From an uncultured Gemmatimonadaceae bacterium (GTDB taxonomy: Bacteria; Gemmatimonadota; Gemmatimonadetes; Gemmatimonadales; Gemmatimonadaceae): a stretch of 64,000 nt of DNA. The stretch lies in assembly GCA_963829055.1 (NCBI GenBank), contig CAWHHI010000016.1, positions 384,001 to 448,000 of the forward strand, read 5' to 3'. The notes beneath the pieces are model-generated. The model saw only the letters and a list, made by a program, of their open reading frames with translations. It did no database searches and was not told where the DNA came from. Shown one piece after another: positions 24,099 to 36,256 of the stretch. A program made the translations under genes and the position numbers. Positions within the stretch are counted from its first letter, which is position 1, and each line of letters begins with the position of its first letter.

Positions 24099-25139
24099 AT
24101 GCGCTTCCCGTACCCCGTCGACCACGAGATTCCAGTCATCCTCGCCCCTATGGCGGGGGTATCGGAGTCGCCGTTCCGCCGATTGTGCCGGAAGCATGGA
24201 GCGGACGTCGTCGTCACGGAATTCCTGTCCGCGGAGGGCATCCGTCGCGAGAACCAGGCGACGATCAGCAAGCTCCGGTTCGGGCCTGACGAGCGCACGA
24301 TCGGTGTACAGATCTTCGGCGCCGATCCGGACGCGATGGGTGACGCCGCACGCCTCGTTACCGACGTTTTCCAGCCGGACTTCATCGACATCAACTTCGG
24401 CTGCCCGGTCAAGAAGGTCGTTCGGCGAAATGGCGGCTCTGGGTGCCTGAAGGATCTCGGCCTCGTCCAGGACGTCATTCGGGCCGTCGTGAAGGGCACG
24501 TCGCTGCCCGTAACGGTCAAGATTCGGAGTGGCTGGAGCGAGGAGATGCGCGACCCGGTCACCATCGGCCTGCGCTGTCAGGACGCCGGCGCACGCGCGC
24601 TCGCGCTTCACGCACGGACGCGCACGCAGATGTATACGGGCAGCGCGCGCTGGGAGGAAATCGCCGCGGTTGCGGCGGCGCTGGAGATCCCCGTCATCGG
24701 CAATGGCGACATCAAGACGGCCGCCGACGCGCACCGCATGTACAAGCAGACCGGCTGCGCCGGCATCATGATCGCACGCGGATCGTTTGGGCAACCATGG
24801 ATCTTCGCGCAGACGCGAGCGCTGATCGATGGCACGCCCGTCCCGCCCACGCCATCCGTCGCCGAGCGCTTCGCCGTCGCGCTCGATCATGCCGCGATGG
24901 TCCAGGCGTACGAGCCCGATCCCGAAGGCGCGGCGATCGAATTCCGCAAGCACCTCGGCTGGTATGTGAAGGGGCTGCCTAACTCGGCGGACCTTCGTCG
25001 CCGGTTGCACTCAGTGAACGGCTTCGGGGAAGTCGAAGGCATCTTCGCCGACTACCTTCGCTGGCACGAGGAGCGTGCGGAGCACACGTCGTACGACGAC
25101 GTCGCGGACGCCGCGGATCTGGAGACCGCCGAGGCGTGA
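24099..25139 (+). CDS. dusB: tRNA-dihydrouridine synthase B
   Basis: LAPMAG, DINFGCP, VKIRSG, HART, GNGDI, RKHLGWY. Confidence 0.95.
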   Translation: MRFPYPVDHEIPVILAPMAGVSESPFRRLCRKHGADVVVTEFLSAEGIRRENQATISKLRFGPDERTIGVQIFGADPDAMGDAARLVTDVFQPDFIDINFGCPVKKVVRRNGGSGCLKDLGLVQDVIRAVVKGTSLPVTVKIRSGWSEEMRDPVTIGLRCQDAGARALALHARTRTQMYTGSARWEEIAAVAAALEIPVIGNGDIKTAADAHRMYKQTGCAGIMIARGSFGQPWIFAQTRALIDGTPVPPTPSVAERFAVALDHAAMVQAYEPDPEGAAIEFRKHLGWYVKGLPNSADLRRRLHSVNGFGEVEGIFADYLRWHEERAEHTSYDDVADAADLETAEA

Positions 25140-25894
25140 TTCGTGACCGTGTGCTGGCGCTGCTGCGCCAGGTCGCGGACGGTCAGCTGGACATCACTGC
25201 GGCGCTCGATCGACTGAGTCAGGATCCGCTCGAGTCGTTGCCGTTCGCGACGATCGATCACCATCGCGCGCTCCGGCAGGGCTATCCCGAAGTGATTCTC
25301 GGGCAGGGGAAGACCACCGAGCAGGTCGTGGCGATCGCCGATCGAATTGCCGCACGAGGCGAAGGGTTCCTCGTCACACGCGCCACCGAGGACGCCCTCG
25401 CGTCTCTCCGCCAGCGCTTTCCCTCGGTCGACGTCAATGCGCTGGCGCGGTGCGCACACCTGGCTCCGCGTGAACCCGTGCCGATGGGCCGCGGGACCAT
25501 TCTGATTGTGACCGCCGGCACAAGCGATCTCCCCGTCGCCGAGGAGGCCGCGGTGACCGCGCGCGCGTTAGGCAACGCGGTAGAGCGACTCACCGACGTC
25601 GGCGTCGCGGGAATTCACCGCGTGCTCGCGGGCGCTGAAGCACTGACAAAGGCGGCGGTCGTGATCGTCGTCGCGGGCATGGACGGCGCGTTGCCGTCGG
25701 TCGTCGGCGGGCTCGTCGCGACGCCTGTCATCGCGGTGCCGACGAGCATCGGCTACGGGGCGAGCTTCGGTGGCGTTGCGGCGTTGCTGGCCGCGCTAAA
25801 CAGTTGCGCCGCAGGCGTAACGGTCGTCAACATTGACAACGGATTCGGTGCTGCCGTGGCAGCGTCCCGGATCACACACGCGTCGATCTCGTAG
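25136..25894 (+). CDS. larB: nickel pincer cofactor biosynthesis protein LarB
   Basis: DHHRALRQGYPE, AGTSD..AEEA, DVGVAG, PTSIGYG, NSCAAG..VNIDNGFGA. Confidence 0.92.
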   Translation: MIRDRVLALLRQVADGQLDITAALDRLSQDPLESLPFATIDHHRALRQGYPEVILGQGKTTEQVVAIADRIAARGEGFLVTRATEDALASLRQRFPSVDVNALARCAHLAPREPVPMGRGTILIVTAGTSDLPVAEEAAVTARALGNAVERLTDVGVAGIHRVLAGAEALTKAAVVIVVAGMDGALPSVVGGLVATPVIAVPTSIGYGASFGGVAALLAALNSCAAGVTVVNIDNGFGAAVAASRITHASIS

Positions 25895-25915
25895 CTTCCC
25901 GCCAAAACCCCTCTC

Positions 25916-27974
25916 GTGGTCAAAACGCGGATCTGGGTCAATGTGGCCGCGATCTCCGCGTGGGTCCTCGCTCTGGCCGGCATGCTGGCGCTGGCATGGG
26001 GAGCACAGGCGCCCTCGTGGACATCCGGTGTCGCCGCCGCTGCGTCAGTCGCCGCAGTGACGTACGCGTGGCTGCTCATCAGCCAGCGTCTCGACCCGCC
26101 GCAACGAGAGTTCATCAAACAGTACCTCGCGCTCGCGCTCGCGCCTGTGACGTGGCTCGCCGCGGCGTCAGGCGGCCCCGGGTCTCCCGCCGTCGTCGCA
26201 TTGGCGCTTGGCGTCCGCGTCGTTGCCGGCGCCGAGAACATTCGGGCCGCGATATCGGTTGCCGCTGGGGCGCTGGTCGCACTCACGGCGATTCACTACT
26301 CGGTTGGCGGTGCGATCGCGTTCTCCAATGTGCTGAGCGGCGGCGTCATCTTCGCGGCGCTCGCGCTGTTCCCGGCGTGGCAGGTCCAACGCGCGCAGGA
26401 GAACGCGAAACGTCGTCGCCGGGCCACGCGGTCCGAGAGCGTGTTCGGCGGCGAACGTACCAACACGCCGCGCGGTCACGAGGCGATGCCGTCCGATCTG
26501 CGGCGCGGCGTCGAGGTCACGCGACAGGAAGCAGAGGAGCGTCGGCAGACCGAAGTCCTCAGCCGCTATCTGTGTGACGTCCGTGATGCGTTAGGCGCCG
26601 ACGAGGTGGTGTTCTGGCGCTGGACGGGCGGGCGCGACACGCTCGTTGCCGCCGCCTGTTCGGGAGAGGGGACAGAGACCGAGCCGACGAAGTTCAACCA
26701 CGCCGAGTGGCTTCCGCTCGTGAAGTGGTCGGCCGAGGAGCGGATCGTTCACTTCGATGACGGCAATCCGGGACCGCGAGTCGCGATGGGACCGGTGGCC
26801 GGGCTCAAGCGCGCGTTCGGCGCGCTCAGCATCTCGTCGGAAGCCGGGCCTCAAGCCGTCGAAAGACGAGCTCAAGACGTGGGTGCCGCGATACACGGCG
26901 CAGGTCGCCGTGCTCGCGGAACTGCTCGAGACGCGAGAAGAAGTTGGTCGGCAGAATCGCCGGACGCAGGCACTGTTGCGCGCGGCGCAGCAGTTCCAGT
27001 CGAACCGCACGATCGAGTCACTCGGCCGCTCGATCTGCGAGACCGCGCTGGAGGTGACGTCCGCCTCACGCGGGGCGCTCGTGCGCTGGCATCCGAACTC
27101 GAGCGACGGCGAGGTTCAGAGCGTTTCCGAGGGCCATCGGATCGCCGAGGGCTGGCCGATCAGCGAGGACTCGCAGGTCGGGACCATGTGCAAGAATGGT
27201 CTGCCGCAGGTGTGGGAGGACGCGCGCATGATCGCGCGTCACACGCGCATCTACGGCGCGTGGGAAACGCCTCGGCCCATCGGGTCGCTCGGGATCATTC
27301 CTCTCAAGCGCGAGGCTGGTGTCATTGGTGCGATTGTCATCGAAGGCGACGAGCCCGGAGACGTGCTGATCGCCGAGGTCCGTAACGTTCGACTGCTCGC
27401 GGCCATTGCTGCGGTCTCGCTCGAGACCATGTGGGAGATCGAGGAAGTCACTCGCCGCGCCCGTACGGACCAGCTGACGGGGCTCGCGAACCGCCGCCAT
27501 TTCGATGAGCAGATCACCCGAGTCCTCGCGGAAACGGATCGGTTCGGCGGTTCGGCGTCGCTAGTCGTGGCCGACATCGATTTCTTCAAAGCGGTCAACG
27601 ACACGTTCGGTCACGATGGCGGCGACGCAGTACTCCAGAGCGTCGCACAGACGTTCCAGGAAGGCGTACGGAACGTGGACACGTGCGCGCGCTATGGCGG
27701 TGAAGAGATCGCGGTGCTGTTGCCGCAGACGAGCATGGACGGCGCGCGCGACTTCGCGGAGCGGCTGCGCAAGGCGATCGAGTCGCGCGTGGTCATCCAC
27801 GCCGGGCGCGAGATGACGGTGACGGCGTCGTTTGGTGTCGCGACGTATCCGGATAGCGCGGCGGCGCATGATGCGCTGTTCCCGACGGCGGACCGGGCGC
27901 TCTACCAGGCGAAGGCCGAGGGGCGAAATCGGGTTCGGTGCGCGATTCCAGGCGTAGTGCAGAAAGCAACTTAG
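25916..27974 (+). CDS. membrane-bound GAF-GGDEF diguanylate cyclase (frameshift near 26845)
   Basis: N-terminal TMs, GAF-like region, TDQLTGLANRR, DIDFFKAVNDTFGH, RNVD I-site, RYGGEEI. Confidence 0.9.
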
Positions 27975-28013
27975 CCGTTCGACTTCGAGTCACTTTCGAG
28001 CCAGCGGCTCAGG

Positions 28014-28042
28014 TTGATCCGGCGGCGGTGACCGATTAGGTT
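28014..28042 (+). promoter_or_regulatory. ssrA promoter
   Basis: TTGATC-N17-TAGGTT, 9 nt before the mature 5' end. Confidence 0.6.
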
Positions 28043-28051
28043 TGGTGCTAC

Positions 28052-28412
28052 GGGGGCGACTGGCTTCGACGGGGTTAGTGAAGCTGTGGCCGCGTGCCCA
28101 GGTACTCGGGTCCCTGGTAAAACACTCGGGAAAATCACAACTGCCAACAACAACCTGGCAATGGCTGCGTAAAGCTTAGGCTTTACAGCACCTGCCCATG
28201 GGGAAGCCCGCCCGAGGCGGCTTCGTGGGTATCGCAAATTCGGGATAGTCCTGCGCGTGCGCTCTCCGCGTCGGGGCGAAAGAATAGAGAGCTCGTCCAG
28301 GAGTGGGCTGCCTACTGGCCAGCGACTGGAGACCTCAACCGGTGGGCTACGCACGTAGACGCTGTGGTGGATCTAGTTTCGGACCGGGGTTCGATTCCCC
28401 GCGCCTCCATCA
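28052..28412 (+). ncRNA. ssrA: tmRNA; tag reading frame ANNNLAMAA* (28143-28172)
   Basis: 5' GGGGGCGA pairs with 3' CGCCTCC-A; T-arm CGGGGTTCGATTCCCCG; tag ends in AA-stop; length about 360 nt. Confidence 0.96.
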
Positions 28413-28452
28413 AACGAGAACGGGCCCGCCTAAAGGCGGGCTCGTTTCGTTT
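28412..28452 (+). terminator. intrinsic terminator after ssrA
   Basis: AAACGAGAACGGGCCCGCC-TAAA-GGCGGGCTCGTTTCGTTT. Confidence 0.85.
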
Positions 28453-28453
28453 G

Positions 28454-28485
28454 AGCTATCAGCCATCAGCCATCAGCCATCAGCT
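28454..28485 (+). repeat. (AGCCATC)n heptamer array, left arm
   Basis: AGCTATC AGCCATC AGCCATC AGCCATC AGCT. Confidence 0.95.
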
Positions 28486-28887
28486 CAAACGGCGCAGCTC
28501 GCGATCGCCGGCGCGTCGCCGGATCGCGCTCGCGATCGCCAGAGACGCGCTCGAGCGACGCGAGCATTCGACGAACTTCCGACAGGGCGCTCTGGCAGCT
28601 CGTCGCGCACACTGGCCTCGGTATAGCTCAGGTCGTGGGCGAGGATCAGGTAGTACGACAGCTCGCTCGCGGAGCCCAGCGAGGTTCGGGCGTGCTTCGC
28701 CAGCTCCGCGTCGCTGTTCTTGCCGCAGCCTTCCGCAATGTTTGCCGGAACCGAAACGGCTGCTCGACGCGCTTGCGACGTCAGCCCGTACAGCTCATGC
28801 TCGCGGCCAGCGCGCCGTTTCGCGGTAGACGGCGAGGGTCAGCTCGTGCGCCTTCTTCCACACTGCCAGCTTCGTGAAGTCTCCCAT
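28485..28887 (-). CDS. four helix bundle protein (23S rRNA IVP / bAvd-like family), frameshifted; not in ORF track
   Basis: Manual translation: [76 protein letters not shown]; 3' end approximate. Confidence 0.88.
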
Positions 28888-28991
28888 GATTGGCCTCGCG
28901 GGTTCGAGGCCAATCTCGGTGCGCAAGCTTGACTGCGCTGCGACATCCATGTCGCGTGCGCGACAGCACGCAATCGAACGCGCCGTCTTCT

Positions 28992-29023
28992 AGCTGATGG
29001 CTGATGGCTGATGGCTGATGGCA
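28992..29023 (-). repeat. (GATGGCT)n heptamer array, right arm (inverse of 28454-28485)
   Basis: AGCT GATGGCT GATGGCT GATGGCT GATGGCA; 30/32 match to the reverse complement of the left arm. Confidence 0.95.
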
Positions 29024-29024
29024 G

Positions 29025-31695
29025 CCGGTCGGGGTCGCCGCCAAGCGCGGCATGGGCTGCGGCCAGACGGGCGATCGGCACTCGGAACGGCGAACAGGAC
29101 ACGTAGTCGAGTCCCAGCTCGTGACAGAGCTTCACCGAACGCGGTTCGCCGCCATGCTCGCCGCAGATGCCCACCTTGAGATCCGGACGCACGCGGCGGC
29201 CATCCTCGACGGCCATCCGCATCAGCTTGCCCACGCCCGTCGCATCGAGCACGTGGAACGGGTCGTCCGGAAGAATACCTTTCTCGACGTAGTACGGCAG
29301 GAATCGACCGGCGTCGTCGCGGCTCAGGCCGAACGTGGTCTGCGTCAGGTCATTCGTGCCGAACGAGAAGAACTGCGCCGTCGCCGCGATCTCGTCGGCG
29401 GTCAGCGCCGCGCGCGGCAGCTCGATCATCGTGCCGATGAGATAGGGCACGTCCTCACCCATTCCGCCGAGCACCTGGCGCGCGACGTCCTCGAGGATGG
29501 CGCGCTGGTTCTCGAACTCGCGCGCCGTCGCCACCAGCGGAACCATGATCTCCGGCTGCACGTCGATGCCGCGCCGCGATGCCCGCACCGCCGCCTCGAA
29601 GATCGCGCGCGCCTGCATCTCCGTGATCTCGGGGTACGTGATGCCGAGTCGGCAGCCGCGATGTCCGAGCATCGGATTCGTCTCGCGCAGCGACTCGACG
29701 ATGCGGTTCAGCTCGTCGCGCGGCATGCCAAGCGTGCGCGCGAGCAGCTTCGACTCCTCGCCGCCGTGCGGCAGGAACTCGTGCAGCGGCGGATCGAGCA
29801 GCCGGATCGTCACCGGGAAGCCGTCCATCGCCTCGAAGATCCCCTCGAAGTCCGCGCGCTGCATCGGCAGCAGCTTCGCGAGCGCGCGGCGGCGTCCGCC
29901 CTCGTCGCGCGCGACGATCATCTCGCGCATCGCCGTGATGCGATCGCCCTCGAAGAACATGTGCTCGGTGCGACACAGCCCGATGCCTTCCGCGCCGAAC
30001 TGCCGCGCGACGCGCGCGTCCTGCGGCGTGTCGGCGTTCGCGCGCACCGCAGGCGACGCACCTCGTCGGCCCAGCTCAAGACGCTCGAGAACGACTGATA
30101 CATCGGCGCGCGTGCGGCGGGCGAGCGTCCCGCTCGTCACCGCACGATCTCGCTCGGAATCGTCGGCAGATCGCCGAGGAAGACGCGGCCGGTCGCGCCG
30201 TCGAGCGTGATCCAGTCGCCTTCGGAGACCGTCGTGCCGTCGACGCTGAACGGCGCTTCTCGGCGTCGACGTCGATGTCCTTGCAGCCGACGACGGCGCA
30301 CTTGCCCATGCCGCGCGCGACGACGGCGGCGTGACTCGTCATGCCGCCGCGCGCGGTGAGCACCGCGCGCGCCGCGACGATGCCGTGAAAGTCCTCCGGC
30401 GTCGTCTCGTCGCGCACGAGGATCACCGCGTCGCCCGCGGCCGCGCGCCGCTCGGCGACGTCGGGATCGAACACGGCGACGCCGCTCGCGGCACCCGGGC
30501 TCGCGGGCAGCCCGGTGCAGAGCGGCTTCGCGCGCGCCTGCGGGTCGATGATCGGGTGCAGCAGCTGATCGAGCTGGTCGGCGACGACGCGCTTGCACCG
30601 CCTCGTGTCGCGATCGATGAGCCCTTCGTCGACCATGTCGCGCGCGATGCGCACCGCGGCGGCCGCGGTGCGCTTTCCGGTGCGCGTCTGGAGCAGATAG
30701 AGCTTCCCGCGCTCGACGGTGAACTCGATGTCCTGCATGTCGCGGAAGTGCCGCTCGAGCCGGTCCTTCGTCTCGAGCAGCTCCGCGTACGCGCTCGGGA
30801 AGCCGATTCGCCATCTCCTCGATGTCGAGCGGCGTGCGAATGCCGGCGACGACGTCCTCGCCCTGCGCGTTGACGAGGAACTCGCCGTAGAACTTTCGCT
30901 CGCCGGTCGACGGATCGCGCGTGAACGCGACGCCGGTGCCCGAGTCGTCGCCGAGGTTGCCGAACACCATGGCCACGATGTTGACGCCGGTGCCGAGCGT
31001 CTCGGAGATGCCGTTCACCTGCGGTAGTCGACGGCCTTCTTGAGCGTCCACGACTTCCACACCGCTTCGATCGCGCCCCAGAGCTGGACGACCGGGTCCA
31101 TCGGGAACGTCTGCGCCGGTGACGTTGCGAACGAGCGCCTTGTACTCCTCGACGAGATTCCGCAGCGCATCCTCGCTCAGCTCGGCGTCGGTCTCGACGC
31201 CCTCGGTCATGCGCTTCGCGCGGAGCAGATGCTCGAAGTTCTGGATCGGGACGCCGAGCACGACGTCCGACGTACATCTGGATGAAGCGGCGATACGAGT
31301 CGTAGGCGAAGCGCGCGTTGCCGCTCTGGCGCGCGAGCGCCACGACGGTGCGATCGTTCAGCCCGAGGTTGAGGATCGTCTCCATCATGCCCGGCATCGA
31401 CACGGGCGCGCCGGATCGCACCGAGACGAGCAGCGGATTCGTCGCGTCGCCGAACCCCTTGCCGGTCACCTCCTCGAGGCGCGCGACGTGCGTCTCGACC
31501 TCCGTCGCGAAGCGTCGGCGGGAACGTGCCGTCGCGCAGGTAGTCGATGCAGACCGCGCACGCGATCGTGAACCCCGGCGGAACCGGAACGCCGAGATTC
31601 GTCATCTCGGCGAGGTTCGCGCCCTTGCCGCCGAGCACGTCGCTCATCTCGCGCGTGCCTTCGGCCTTTCCGTTGCCGAAGAAGTAGACGAGCAT
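29025..31695 (-). CDS. ppdK: pyruvate, phosphate dikinase (multiple frameshifts; stop uncertain)
   Basis: [71 protein letters not shown]. Confidence 0.95.
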
Positions 31696-31735
31696 CGGGC
31701 GACCGGTGTGGGACGTGCTACAGGGCGGTCAGCGA

Positions 31736-33140
31736 TCAGCATCCGCAGCCGAATCGCAGCTTGTCGGGATCCGTCGGGGGCGGCGTTGGATAGTCGCCGG
31801 AGAAGCAGGCGTGGCAGAAGCCGCCCGGTCCGCCGGGCACCGACTCCGAGCATCCCGTCGAGCGACAGGTAGCCGAGCGAATCGACGCCAATGTGCGCGG
31901 CGATCTCGCTCGGTGGTCATGTTCGCCGCGATCAGCTCCTCGCGATTCGGCGTGTCGATGCCGTAGTAGCACGGACCGGTGATCGGGCGACGAGCGACAC
32001 GCGCATGTGCACTTCTCGCGCCCCGGCCGCGCGAACCATCGCGACGAGGCCGCGCGTCGTCGTGCCGCGCACGATCGAGTCGTCGACCATGACGACGCTC
32101 TTGCCGTCGAGCACCTCGCGCACGGCGTTGTACTTCACCTTCACCTTCGCGTCGCGGCCGGCCTGCGTCGGCTGAATGAACGTGCGGCCGACGTAGTGAT
32201 TGCGGATCAGCGCGAGCTCGAGCGGAAGGCCGCGACTCCTCGGCGAAGCCGAACGCGGCGGAGTTCGACGAGTCGGGAACGCTGAACACGAGCTCGGCGC
32301 TCGGGGCAGGGCACTCCTGCGCGAGTCGACGGCCGAGCGCGCGCCGCGCGCGATCGACCGAGCCGCCGAACACGCGGCTGTCGGGACGCGCGAAGTACAC
32401 GTACTCGAACACGCAGCTGCGCGAGTCCTTCGGCGCGCGAACGGCATGATCGACCGCATCCCGCTGCGCGTCGACCGCGACGATCTCACCCGGCTCGACT
32501 TCGCGCATCGACCGTCGCGCCGACGATGTCGAGCGCGCACGTCTCGGACGCGACGACGTACGCGCCGTCCGACGTTCGCCCGATCACGAGCGGACGCCAG
32601 CCGCGCGGATCGCGCGCGGCGAGCAGCGTGTTCGCCGATCAGCACGAGCAGATCGAGTACGCGCCTTCGACGCCCTGCAGCGCCTCGGCGAGCTTGCTCT
32701 CCGGGCGTCTCGGCGGTCGACTTGCGCGAGGCGATGCACGAGGACCTCGGAGTCCATCGTCGACGTGAAGATCGATCCCTGGTCCTCGAGCTCGCGGCGC
32801 AGCTCGGTCGCGTTGGTGAGGTTGCCGTTGTGCGCGAGCGCGATGTGGCCGCCACGGAAGCGCGCGAGCACCGGCTGCGCGTTCTCGATCGTCGACGAGC
32901 CGGCCGTGCTGTAGCGCGTGTGGCCGATGGCCAGCGACGCCGTCGAGCGATCCGACGGTGTCGCCGTCGAAGCCGTCGGACACGAGGCCCATCTTGCGCG
33001 CTGACGCGCGCCGATCCCGTCGTCATCGATGGCGACGATGCCGGCCGATTCCTGTCCGCGATGCTGCAGCGAGTAGAGGCCGAGGTGCACGACCGACGCC
33101 GCCCGCGGCAGACCCCTGAACGCCGAAATATGCCGCACAT
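31736..33140 (-). CDS. purF: amidophosphoribosyltransferase (frameshifted)
   Basis: MCGIF start, [42 protein letters not shown]. Confidence 0.95.
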
Positions 33141-33143
33141 AAA

Positions 33144-35521
33144 TCAGCTGCTCTCGGTCGAAGGAGCATCGCGTCGGCCAGTGGCGTCGTCCGCCACGGC
33201 CACGCGGGTCATGATGGACGGAATCGCGTCGTGGTAGGCGCTGCGCAATCTGCTGCGACCGGCGCAACGAGCTCGCCGCCGCTGTAGCTGGATGCGGAAC
33301 GGCCGATCGGCCGCGCTCGACGACACCGATGCGCGTCGCACCGGAACGCCGTGCGCCGCGGCAATTCGCTCGACGTCTGCCGGCGAATCCGTCGAGACGA
33401 CGACGCGTGCCCTGCGCCTCGCCGAAGAGCAGCGCGCGGCGATCGAGATCTCCGGCCCACGACGACGAGATCGACGGTGGCGCTGAGCGGTCGCTCGCGG
33501 TTCGCCATCGCGCACTCGGCGAGCGCGACGGCGAGCCCGCCGTCGCTGCAGTCGTGCGCCGATGACACCACGCCGGCCTGAATCGCCTCGAGCAGCGCGT
33601 CGATCAGCGCGCCGCTCGGCCTCGAGGTCGCACGCGCGGTGGCGCACCGGCGGTGACGCCGTGAATCGCGCGCCAGATACTCGCGACGCGCCAAGCTCGC
33701 GACGTCGGCTCGCCGAGCAGGACGATCGCGTCGCCCGCCGTGCGGAACGTCGCGCGCGTGACGTGGTCGACGTCATCGACGAGGCCCACCATGCCGATGA
33801 CGGGCGTCGGGATACACCGCGCCGTTCGGACTCTCGTTGTACAGCGAGACGTTGCCGCCCGTCACCGGCGTGCCTAACGCCACACACGCCTCCGCCATGC
33901 CGCCGACCGCCTCGCGGAACTGGAAGAACACTTCCGGCCGCTTCGGATTGCCGAAGTTGAGGCAGTTCGTGATCGCCATCGGCCGCGCGCCGGTGCACGC
34001 CACGTTGCGCGCCGCCTCGGCGACCGCGATGCGGCCACCGACGCGCGGGTCGAGGTAGACGTAGCGGCCGTTGCAGTCGGTCTTCACCGCGAGCGCCTTC
34101 CGCGTGCCGCGCAGGCGAAGGACGGCCGCGTCGCCGCCGGGTCCGATCACCGTGTTCGTGCGAACCGTCGTGTCGTACTGTCGGTAGACCCACGCCTTGC
34201 TCGCGATCGTCGGCGACGAGAGCAGCTCGCGCAGCGTCCACGCGGCGTCGCGCTCCTCCGGCACGCTCCGGCGATCGCGTTCGACGTCGCGACGCGCGAA
34301 GCGCCACGATCGCGTCGCTCTCTCGCGCCTCGGGGTGATAGACGGGACAGTCAGTGACGAGACGCGAGCCCGGGAACTCGGCGACGACGCGATCGCCTTC
34401 GGTCACGCGATACACCGGCTCGGCGATGACCTCGCCGATGACCTCGGCGGTGAGATCCCATTTCGCGAGGATCGCCTTGACCTGCCGCCTCGTGTCCGCG
34501 ATGCGCGACGACGAGCATGCGCTCCTGCGATTCGCTGAGCAGGATCTCGTACGGCGTCATGCCCTCTTCGCGCACCGGCACCTTCGTCACGTCGATCGTG
34601 ACGCCAACGTCGCCGCGCGCCGCCATCTCCGCCGACGACGACGTGAGGCCGGCCGCGCCCATGTCCTGAATCGCGACGATGTGGCCGCTCGGATCAGCTC
34701 GAGCGACGCCTCGAGCAGCAGCTTCTCGGTGAACGGATCGCCGACCTGCACGCGCGGGCGCTTCGCGTCGCTCTCGTGTGAGAGATCCTCGGACGCGAAC
34801 GACGCGCCGTGGATGCCGTCGCGTCCCGTGCGCGCGCCGACGGCGATGATCGGATTGCCGACGCCCTCGGCCTTCGCGCGAATGAGATCGCGCTCGTTCA
34901 TGACGCCGACGCACATCGCGTTGACGAGCGGGTTGCGTCTCGTACGCCGGATCGAAGACGACCTCGCCGCCGACCGTCGGAACGCCGACGCGAGTTGCCG
35001 TAGTCGCCGATGCCCTTCACGACGCCGGCGAACAGGTAGCGCACGCGCGGGTGATCGAGCGATCCGAAGCGCAGCGAGTCGAGCATCGCGATCGGACGCG
35101 CGCCCATCGTGAACACGTCGCGCAGAATGCCGCCGACGCCGGTCGCCGCGCCCTGATACGGCTCGACGGCGGACGGATGGTTGTGCGACTCGATCTTGAA
35201 CGCGACGGCGAGGCCATCGCCGATCGGAATGACGCCGGCGTTCTCGCCCGGGCCCTGCAGCACGTACGGTGCCTTCGTGGGAAGCGTCCGCAGCAGCGGG
35301 CGCGAATGCTTGTAGGAGCAGTGCTCGCTCCAGAGCGCGCTGACGATCCCGAGCTCGGTGAACGTCGGCGTGCGGCCGAGCATGTCGACCAGGCGTTGGT
35401 ACTCGTCAGGCGTTAGGCCGTGCTCGGCGACGAGCGCCGGGGTGATGACGGGATCGCCAGGGCGGGGAAGTGCCGTCACGCGTTCCGCTACGTTCCGACT
35501 CGGTCTTTCTTCCGTTGCCAT
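33144..35521 (-). CDS. purL: phosphoribosylformylglycinamidine synthase subunit PurL (frameshifted)
   Basis: [48 protein letters not shown]. Confidence 0.95.
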
Positions 35522-35560
35522 TGGCGCGCGAAAAGTTGAAGATCGTCTGGTCGACTGCGC

Positions 35561-36256
35561 TCAGACACCGACCTGGGCGAGCAGCGACTCGAACAACGCG
35601 ACACCGTCCGCGGATCCGACGACTTGCCTCGGCGGCGCGCTCGGGGTGCGGCATCAGACCGAGCACGTTTCCGCGTTCGTTGACGATGCCGGCGATGCCG
35701 CGCATCGACCCGTTCGGATCGTGCGCGATGGGTCGACTTCGCCCGTCGCGTTCACGTACCGGAACACGACCTGTCCGTTCTGCTCGAGTCGGTCGAGCGT
35801 CGCATCGTCGGCGGTGTAGCGGCCGTCACCGTGCGCGATCGGCAGGCGCAGCATCTGGCCGGCGTCGTACTGATTCGTGAAGCGCGTCTCGGTGTTCTCG
35901 ACGCGCACGCGGCAGAGCTCGCTCACGAACTGCAGGCTCGCGTTGCGCAGCAGCGCGCCGGGAAGCAGGCCCGCCTCGCACGCGATCTGAAAGCCGTTAC
36001 AGATGCCGATCACCGGACCGCCGCGATCGGCGTGCGCGATCACCTCTCGCATGATCGGCGAGAAGCGCGCGATCGCACCGGCACGGAGGTAGTCGCCGTA
36101 GCTGAATCCGCCCGGCAGGATCACGACGTCCACACCGCGCAGGTCGTGGTCCTTGTGCCAGAGGTACACGCCTTCCTGGCCGAGCACGTCGGTCACGGCG
36201 AGAAACGCGTCCTCGTCGGAGTTCGAGCCGGGGAAGGTGATGATGCCGAATTTCAT
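35561..36256 (-). CDS. purQ: FGAM synthase glutaminase subunit PurQ (frameshifted)
   Basis: [38 protein letters not shown]. Confidence 0.95.

Noticed and set aside
28409..28412. tmRNA ends in ATCA rather than ACCA
   Set aside because: A non-encoded CCA is common and is added after transcription.
27971..28626. ORFs overlapping tmRNA
   Set aside because: The region is fully explained by ssrA and its terminator.
23391..29023. Short repeat arrays as CRISPR
   Set aside because: They are 7-bp tandem units without unique spacers, and no cas genes are present.
28412..29030. Prophage or genomic island at ssrA, or a diversity-generating retroelement
   Set aside because: No integrase, no duplicated ssrA 3' end, no reverse transcriptase and no TR/VR pair seen in the window.
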